Assembly (NCBI RefSeq): GCF_006345805.1
Contig: NC_043001.1
Span: 71,238,001 to 71,302,000, forward strand
DNA length: 64,000 nucleotides
Origin: Octopus sinensis
Lineage: Eukaryota
Direction: 5' to 3'
Of this stretch, positions 53,880 through 64,000 are shown piece by piece. Numbering within the stretch: position 1 is the stretch's first letter; every line of letters begins with the position of its first letter. A program made the position numbers and the translations under genes. The notes under the pieces were generated by a model. The model was not told the DNA's origin. It did no database searches and saw only the letters and a list, made by a program, of their open reading frames with translations.

Positions 53880-54270
53880 TACAGGTGTGAGTGTGCAGTT
53901 ATGAAGATCGTTTTGCAACCACTTAGTTACAGGTTCAGTCTCGCTGCACAGTACCTTGGTCGAGTTTCTTCTACTATAGCCCTGAGTTGACCAATGCCTT
54001 GCGAGTGAAATTGGTAGTCGAAAACTGTGTGGAAGCCTGTCAGATATATGTGTGTGTACGTATCTCTTTGTTTCTTTCCCAAGCGCTTGTCAACTGGGGT
54101 TGACTTGTTTTCACTCTCGTATTCTAGCGGTTTAGCAAAAGAGAATTGTAGAGAAAGTATCGGAGCTACAAAAATAAGTACAAGGTGAAATTTCTTCCAC
54201 TAAGACCATCCAAGACAACGTCTCAGAATGGCAGCAGTCTCTTCACTGAAACAAGTAAAAGATAGAAAAT
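53880..54270 (+). mobile_element. SINE family A (degenerate, full length)
   Basis: caggttcagtctcgctgcacagtaccttgg...ttctactatagccc...cactgaaacaagtaaaagata. Confidence 0.8.
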
Positions 54271-55099
54271 AAAAGAAGTAAACAAGATGAAATAACCCGG
54301 TTAAATAGAAACAAATCTCCAATTCACGATAATGAAAGATATGAAGCCAAAAACTTGAAGCTGAGGGTTGACTATATTAAAATTGATATTTTACTTTATC
54401 AATCCCAGAAGCAAAGGTGGCCTTGATACGACTGGGACTCAGAGCGTAAAGAAATACCGGAAGAACAACGGCTAGAAAACTTATTCAACACTCTAACGAT
54501 TCTGATAATCCACCAAACTTTTCGATTTGATAATTATAAATAAGAAATCACGTTAATATTCACCAACATCATTCCGAAAGTTAATTAAGGGCAGATCAAT
54601 TACATGTTTAATATTGCGTGTAATTACAAAAATAGAAAAGGTTTTGCGAAATTCCTAGTACGCTGTTTGTATTCGTAGATTTGATTCCCATTGTGATGTT
54701 AATATACGCTCTTCAAACAGCCTTAAATTAATATAACAGTGTATACAAACATTTATAATTTTTATACAAACACAGAACGGCAGTATCAACAATATTTTGT
54801 CTCAAAGGAACTTATGAAAGTGACTTTTGAGCTTAAACACAGGCCTTCACTTTGAAGACCGGTGGATCACCAAACACGGTACTTTGACTTTATTATCTCT
54901 CCTAAGTGGCCATTACCCTGGATATTTTGAGCTAAGACAGTAATAGTCGTTCTGATATAGAAATCATTAAACACAAAATTTTAGTTATTTATGCGAAAGC
55001 TAATCAAGCTAGTATTGAACTAATGTAGGCAATTCAAAACAGGCTGAGATTAAAATCTCGGAGTGTATATACAAACGTTTAGCAGCAGTAGCTGTGACA

Positions 55100-56570
55100 T
55101 TTTTTGAGTGAAAAACTTCTCAAAAATACTTGTGTATTAAAAACACAGGGTATCGTTTCAAACTCTGGTGAATCACCAGACATGGTGTTTCGATCCTATT
55201 TAGTCCCTTCAGGGACGAATGCCCTGCACGTTCTGAGCTAAGTCGAAAAATAGCTGTTCTAATTATTGTGGATCTTGGCATTTGACTGGATAACCAGAAC
55301 GACAATTCTGCAACATTGAATCCTCATCACTTGAATAATGCTTCTGTGCATTCTGTACTCAAGTTGAACAGACCATTGAATAACCACCAATTTCTTACAT
55401 GTAGAAGATGGTATGTTCTTGTTACATACGACGATGTATGTATAATTTTCTCAGCCATGGAACGTAATGTGAAGAACGCCGCTTAACGACATTGGATTTT
55501 TCAGAATAATTAGAGTCTCGGGAAAAACCTCTGAGACAATCAATGGTGCTTCGTCATTTCAGTTGAAAGTTTTCTGTGGTCAGCTTTGCATCTCATTCAT
55601 GAGGGGTCGGAAAAATATTATACAATAAAGTACACATACGTTTATTTTATATTTCTAAAATCTACCCACACACGAGCGAATTGGTCAGCTCGTGAGAGTA
55701 GAGTGTCTGGCAATATTTCTCCCATTCCCTTCTCCCTGAGTTCAAACTCCACAGAGGTATACTTTACTCTTTTATCTATTCGTAGTCTATATAAGAATAC
55801 CGGATGAGGACGGTGGATCGAAGGAATTGTTACTGAGTCGGGGGAAATGCTTTAAGATATTTCTGGCTTTTTATGTTCTGACAGCAACTGCTGTATAGAA
55901 ATTTGTACCAAGGTTTATCAACTCAAGCCGGTGGTATTTCACGAAGATAAATATCAAAGGCAAGGAGCTGTGATACTTGTATATGTGGTTAACTATTAGT
56001 TTTCCTCAAAGCATTTTGCTTAGTCCTATACATACATGTACAGAGACAGGGTCAACTTTGAGCGCTCGACGCTTTAATGACCATCGTAAAGATGAATGAC
56101 ATTATGATAGAATATAAGGATACCTGTGTGTATAGAGTTACAACAGTAACAATATGCCCTAGGATAACGTGCTCCATAAGTAGTTGTCACTCTAGTTACT
56201 GGTATTCATCGAGTAACCACCCGCTACCACCATACATTTTAACTGAAGTGATCTTTTGTTGTTTCTTCTATTTTCACGGGTGAAGATCCGCATATCTGAG
56301 GCGTTATTCTCCACCGATGGGAAAGTCTCTCTAAATAGCCTGGACAAAGATTTGATTTGTGTTACTTTGAAGGTGTATTAAATTACTCGTTCAACACGCT
56401 TCCTCCAAATCATCAATTTTCTTCAAGGCAATGCCGAAACTGATGCTCTAGCACAAGCGTCGTCGCAACCTTTGTTCACAGAACGCAGAGTTCCAGAACA
56501 CAGATGCCGTAATGCTTCTCGTCAGATAATAACATCTCCAGCAAACAATCTTTGGACTAGCACATGGTAA
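55100..56570 (-). mobile_element. Decayed Tc1/mariner-like remnants
   Basis: Weak minus-frame similarity (NDEAP at about 55550; REALRHLCSG at about 56510). Confidence 0.25.
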
Positions 56571-56602
56571 TACCTGCTATTATTATTATTATTATTATTA
56601 TT

Positions 56603-57123
56603 GAGTGAGAGAGCAGTTCATGCCATCAAAGTGACACTGGGGTAAAATATACGAAGCCCAATATACCCATCATGACTACCCGTCTGATAAAGGTACACCA
56701 GGCACATGCATCACAACCATATGTGCGCGACATGGTGATCTCATATCAAGATAAACAACACATGACCTTGCAGGTGGGGCCCAGTTAGAATTTTCTTCAG
56801 GTTGAGTAGCCCATCCTGCTCAAACGGTCCCTGAATAAGGGTTGCTTTAGGATGTTGAACGAAACACCTATGTTTCCAGAGGTGAATCATTCAAACTCCA
56901 AAGAATCCCTCTCAACACATGGCCATGATGCTCCCCCACTACTTCTGCTCGTGATCAGAGATGCACATATCGTCAGCCACTAAGGGACATGCTCAACTGG
57001 TTAAGGTCAAACAACTGACAAGCAAACCTGTGGTATTGAGCAGAATATTTGCTGTAGCCCATCTTTTATACCAAGACAAAACAATGTACATGATAACACT
57101 TCCAGTCAGTTAAGATCAGAAGC

Positions 57124-57124
<1 letters not shown>
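56603..57124. mobile_element. Unclassified ~520-bp higher-GC interspersed repeat bounded by (TAT)n
   Basis: Sharp boundaries into (TAT)n on both sides; no convincing ORF. Confidence 0.55.
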
Positions 57125-57174
<50 letters not shown>

Positions 57175-57177
<3 letters not shown>

Positions 57178-57410
57178 GTTTTCAAATTCCGTCAATGGCG
57201 ACTTTGCCCTTCATTCTTTCGGGAGCGATAGAAATAGGTACCAGTCAAGTACTGAGGTCAGTGTAACCCACCAACCCCTCCCACCAAAATTTCAGATCTT
57301 CAGCCTATAGTCGAAAGAATTGTTTTTTATCCTTTCGATAAAATAAGTAGCAATTGAACACTGAGGTCGATACAATCCACTAAAGACTGCCGGCCTTGAT
57401 CCAAAATTTG
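57175..57410 (+). mobile_element. SINE family B fragments
   Basis: ttcaaattccgtcaatggcgactttgcccttcattctttcggg...ccaaaatttcagatcttcagcc. Confidence 0.65.
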
Positions 57411-57417
57411 AAAGTGA

Positions 57418-57463
<46 letters not shown>

Positions 57464-57864
57464 TCACTGTAAGAAACAGTTATTTTATACCTCATATGTA
57501 ATCATACCTGTGCCTTAAGATCTACAGCAGTTCAACCTTGCACAGGTACCGGCTTCTATCTTTATCATTACTGTCTCATTACAAGAAACAGCATAATGAT
57601 CTTTTTTTCCTCATGGGAGAAATCAAAATCTATGCATAATGAAACACCTGTTGTGCCACACAATAGAGCGTTAAAGTACCTCCGTACCTAGCAGTTTTGT
57701 ATAGCATAACTAATACATACATCAATGTTGAAAAAAGCCAACGCTGTGTCTTGTTACAAGCAACAGTGAAGACGCGATTCTTATTGGTTGAATGACATAT
57801 ATGTGTGTGTGCATGTATGTATGTATATATATATATATATATATGCTCATACATACATACATGT

Positions 57865-58700
<836 letters not shown>

Positions 58701-59048
58701 TTATTAACATTACATATGCTTGTATGTATGTATAACAACAATATTATACATAAATATTCACATGTATTTACGCTTGTATCCACTAACATTTAGATACAGG
58801 TACATACTTTTACAGGCATACATGAACATGCATGTACACATGTACATACTAACACATAAATATATATGTGTGTGCGTGTGTGTGTACGTGCATGTATGTG
58901 TATATGTGTTTGAACAAGATATATAGATGCATAAACTAATGGTCACATTAACAGACGTTTGTACGTATCTCATGTACAAGTGTATAGATACATATATATA
59001 TATATGTGTGTGTGTGTATGTGTATGTACACACGCACACACATGTGTG

Positions 59049-59092
<44 letters not shown>

Positions 59093-60273
59093 TACTAGTA
59101 CCTGTATAGTCGCATGTGTGTCCGCACATGCGCAGTTTTATACAAATTCAAAAGGTGTTATTACATGTAATTTAGCCTCATCCAGTATAAATGAAACTAC
59201 AGGAGAAAAGCATGGTATATGAATGCGCATACATATAACAATGTATAGAGAGAGAAAGAGAGAGTTAGAGAGACTGATGGATGAATATATAAATAAACAG
59301 ATAGGCAGATAGATATGTAATTACATTTACACACGCACACACACACACAGACACATTAACACACATACACACACACACATATATATATAATAACGAAGGC
59401 GGTTATATGTACAATAAGAAAATTTTCAGTTCTCACTAATTTTCACTGACGGAGCAGGGTAGAACCTATATTGCTAGAAATATAAGTCAAAGTCCCTGCC
59501 ACGCATCCATTTCCAAGTAATTTTATCTTAATCTTTTTCATGCGACTCTACTATATACTGATTTTCTCTCCCATCTTTTTCTCTCTCATCCTTCCTCTAT
59601 TTCCGTTTTTCTCCCCTTCACCGTTTTCTATCTGTCTCTCTTTCTCTCCTACACTTTCTCCTGTTCCCTTTCTCGTTGCTCACACGTGACCATCGTCCAT
59701 CTTTCTTTCCCTCACGTGACCATCTTTCTCCTCTTTTAGAACTGTACTAAGGACTGGACTATCCTGTCTCTCTGTTCTACCTTTTCTCTTATCAAAGAAA
59801 ATATTTCTCCAGCGTTCGCTATTTTAACCTCGTTCTGGTCTAACGACACTCCATGTTTGTTTTCGTTAGGTTTCCTTGTATGCCTCCACTGTCCTGTTTT
59901 TGTTCCCAAGTTTGACCTTCCATAAATCCCAAATATATATATATATATATGCATATATATAGATATATATTTTATAAGTATATGTGTGTGTGTTTGTATA
60001 TCCATGTATGTGTGCATGTATGTACGTATATGAATATGTAGGCTGGGAAACAGTAAAGTACAAAATCCACTTTGGTTTACCAATTCCCAAATTGTTTCCC
60101 TTAAAATAGAAGACACACCACGTGATGAGAACTATTTTCTTCGTATTTCTGAAACGACGTTAATCACGTTTCTCTAGGAGTGCATTTATTGTCATACATC
60201 GTATTGTTACTAGTCATGTAGAGATTTCCTTTACTTAGAAGTATTTCATAAATACTGTGTATGCATGTATATA

Positions 60274-60336
<63 letters not shown>

Positions 60337-60442
60337 GTGTGTGTGTGTATGTGGTGTGTGTGTATGTGTGTGTATCTGTGTGTGTCTCTGTGTGTATGTG
60401 TTTGTGTATAGATATATGTATATATATATATATGCATTGGTA

Positions 60443-60510
<68 letters not shown>

Positions 60511-60603
60511 TGTGTGTGTGTATGTGTGTGTATCTGTGTGTGTCTCTGTGTGTATGTGTTTGTGTATAGATATATGTATATATATATATATGCATTGGTA
60601 AAC

Positions 60604-60635
<32 letters not shown>

Positions 60636-61456
60636 TATATATACATACATATACATGTATGCATGTATATATATAGAGAGAAAGTGAGAGAGAGATCCTA
60701 TATATGTGCGTATATATGCCGTTGTACTTACACGCAGCCGCACACTAAAAGTAATAGTCAATTTCTTTTATTTCATTTTGGAATTAAGACGTGAGAATTT
60801 CCATTTTATTCCGTTTTGTCTCTTATATTTGGATTCTATAATGTAAAACCATTCTGTTATGTCAACACTAGAATTCACTTCTCCAGGCAATCAATATATA
60901 AATTCTTTAACAATGAATTCATGAACAATATTAGAAATAGTCCTTTCTTTTCATCAAACACATTTCCACCTTCATGCATGACTTGTATTGTTTTCGTTTA
61001 AACATACCTGCACTTCTTATAATAATCTTGATTTCTCACATAAAATAGTCTCAGGAACTAAAAATCAGACGCTTGATATATTCGATTATATTGAACTTAC
61101 TACTTAGCTTGAAATTATTTTATTGATCTGGCATCGACAGGATTCGAAATTAGAACCTAAATATTTCTAACTACATATTTTAATATATTTTCTTCAAAGC
61201 TCCTTTTATAGTAAAAAGCCCGTCGACTCTAATACGTTAATGCAATTCCTTATCGATGCCACTCTATCAATGGAATGAAAATGTTACTGCCTTTTTCCGT
61301 TGAAAATGATGAGAGTAAATCTTAATTCAGCGTGTGTGGCACTGCTTTCCTAGCCAGCTTTCATTAATTTTGTTTAACCGTAAACTTAACTTCATATCAG
61401 ATTCTTTCATATCTATTGAACAGCTCCACAATGTTTTTGCAGGAAAGTATTCAGCA

Positions 61457-61862
61457 GGGTGGCGAGCTAGCAGAATCGTTAGCACACCGGGCGAAATGCT
61501 TAGCGGCATTTCGTCTGCCGCAACGTTCTGAGTTCAAATTCCGCCGAGGTCGACGTTGCCTTTCATCTTTTCGGGCTCGATAAATTAAGTACCAGTTACG
61601 CACTAGGGTCGATGTAATCGACTTAATCTGTTTGTCTGTCCTTGTTTGTACCCTCTGTGTTTAGCCCCTTGTGGGTAGTAAAGAAATAGGTATTTCGTCT
61701 GCCATTACATTCTGAGTTCAAATTCCGCGAGGTCGAATTTGCCTTTCATCCTTTCGGAGTCGATTAAATAAGTACCGGTTACGCACTTGGGTTGATGTAA
61801 TCGACTTAATCCCTTTGTTTGACCCCTCTATGTTTTGGCCCCTGTGAACAATAAAGAAATAA
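61457..61862 (+). mobile_element. Two tandem SINE family B copies (full 61457-61690; 5'-truncated 61692-61862)
   Basis: Both match 4498-4728. Confidence 0.9.
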
Positions 61863-62149
61863 GTATAGTATTTAGCACCGAGAAGATCAGTCAATATCAT
61901 TTTAGATATGATTGGAACACAAGAGTGTAATTAAAAAAACTATATATGAAAGCAATTAAAATATTATTTTATCGCTTCTACCAACTTGTTACCATAAAAA
62001 ATCCGGGGCAACGATACTGTTGCTTGACGTACCAAAATTAGCCCCTAAATATCCACAGCCTACAATTTTTGAAGCATGAAGGTAATATTGAATAATGTGG
62101 TACTTGATTTATTCTGCTACAAAATAAAACCGGATTGACATGGCCCAAC

Positions 62150-62830
62150 CAGTTTCAATTAGAAGACTTCCTAATTCACCGTTGATCTGACATGAAATAG
62201 CATCAACAAATTCTTCCACTGTGTGTTAGTAATATACTTGTCGAGTTGATACAGTAACCGGTTAGCCTCAAATTGTATAGAAAACACAGTGTTTAATTGG
62301 TAAGGCCACTTTCCAGAATTCAGATTACACTTAGGTCAATCACTGCCAGAAGCAATAAATTTATAGAATTAAACTACAATGATATACTTCGGTAAAATTG
62401 AATCAGTCAAGCGGGAATAATAAAGATTGAAGTGGCAAAGCGGAGAGACCTATTATTTGATATTGACTTTCAAATTTATAGATGGAGAAGTATCACCATG
62501 GTTTCTTTTCTTCCGCACTAACCAAAAATAGCACCCAAATATCCTTCAAGTTACACATAAATATCTTGCATAGGGAGGATATTTTGAGCAAGGTAGTGAG
62601 CCTCCAGCTTTTCACCTGTTTGATGAATAGCCATTAGCTTTCTCCTTGCTGCGCCACAAGAATTGGTTTGAGAAGGTCTAAGTAGCTGGTATACGATCTG
62701 ATTATCCTTTCTATTGGTTCAAATTATCAGCCTTCTGATGGTCCACATGACCACCTACAACCGTGTGGTTCAAGAAGAATTCCAGTTCATGATGACAGAA
62801 CTCATCGTTTTTCAATCGGAATTTAAATTA
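62150..62830 (-). mobile_element. Decayed Gypsy-like integrase remnant
   Basis: Minus frames give NHTVVGGHVDHQK (HH of the zinc-binding motif), P.YARYLCVT..FG, YFWLV and EANRLL..LDKYITNTQWK. Confidence 0.45.
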
Positions 62831-64000
62831 TGAATAGTAATCTACTTTAATTCTGGAATCCCATTGGTATATTAAATTCTGGGTGTAAAATGCTGAACTC
62901 CGCCAACAGGAAACTTTTGGTACTAGAGAAGTAACAAAAATTGCATTAAAAACAACTGTTTACTAACCTTCAGTATTGAATACTCATATGTATGTGCGTG
63001 TGTGTGACTTTGTGTGTGAGTCTGTGTGTGTGAGTGACTCTGTGACTGTGTGTGACTCTGTATGTGTGACTCTGTGTGTGTGTAACTGTGAGTATGTGTG
63101 ACTCTGTTTGTGTGTGTGTATGTGTGTTTATGTGTGGTTCTCTATACATTAGAACAGAAATATGAACGAATGTGTATAAATGAATATGCTTTATATATGT
63201 ATGTGTATATGTATTTGCTTATGCTTTCACGTGCATGTTTATTTGTATTTATGTGTACGTTTATATACGCGTAATTTGTACATTTTATACCTTTGTGGCG
63301 GTATATGTATACATGCATACAAATATACATGTATGTGTATGTATGTGTGTATATATATATATATGATATACGCGTATATATACATATAAACACATATATA
63401 TGTAAGTATGTATGTGTGTATATGTACATACGTGTGGCGTATGTACATACACATTCTCCGTTTTTTAAACTTTGACCTGGGTCACTCTGTCCCACGCTTC
63501 CTCCTTAACCACTTTCAGGATATAACCCCAAGTCAACATAGAATTCTTTTTATTTTACCTCTCTCTCTCACCAGTTGCAAATTTATCTTCTCTACCGTTT
63601 TATCACTCTCCCTATTTCTGCTCCCATAACAATTTATTCTGCGTTAAATCTTCTTTGCAGCGGTTCAACATAAGCGTAATTTATTATTCTACGTATGTCA
63701 TAGTACACAGCCTTAACAATATTTTACCTTCTATACAACTGCCTGAATTTATTGACTGATTAATGAATTTAACTTATGTGATCTTGTCAAGCACAATTAA
63801 ATCTCTTTTAGTACTTCTTTTGTTATTTTAATAACTCCATCTTCTTATAATTGCTTAGATACCCATCACCAAACCTTTCGAATATCTCTATATAGTTGGA
63901 TTCATAAATTTTGGACCCGTGTTTATTTAATTTACTAAGGCTATGACGAAAGCGTTTCATTATATAATCGATATCATATAATCGATATCACATTACTCAC

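Noticed and set aside
59440-60160. CTGACGG-AGCA..TGCT-A-GAAA and GTGATGA...GAAACGACGTT strings
   Set aside because: The cores are altered and stem I does not pair; at most eroded remnants.

Overview
This is AT-rich eukaryotic DNA, very dense in microsatellites: (TA)n, (CA)n, (GATA)n and (TAA)n. The SINE families and overall texture resemble an octopus/cephalopod genome; this is inferred from recalled repeat sequences, not a database hit. I cannot support any host protein-coding gene, rRNA, tRNA gene or CRISPR array, and most ORFs in the track are translations of microsatellites. The window is a transposon graveyard. It holds Penelope-like elements (PLEs: RT plus C-terminal GIY-YIG), R4/Dong-like, RTE and Tx1/L1-like LINE fragments, three tRNA-derived SINE families, Tc1/mariner, piggyBac, Helitron and Gypsy remnants, a pogo-type MITE and a long foldback-like inverted repeat. 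The most interesting signal is RNA-level. Several unrelated PLE terminal fragments, two of them folded into near-perfect DNA palindromes, carry minimal type I hammerhead ribozyme motifs. One has a fully canonical core (31833-31915, minus) and one has a compensatory U3-A8 core (36674-36711, minus). Different retroelement families also sit in different microsatellites: PLEs in (TA)n, R4/Dong in (TAA)n, and a young Tx1-like copy in (GATA)n. Boundaries of degenerate elements are approximate.
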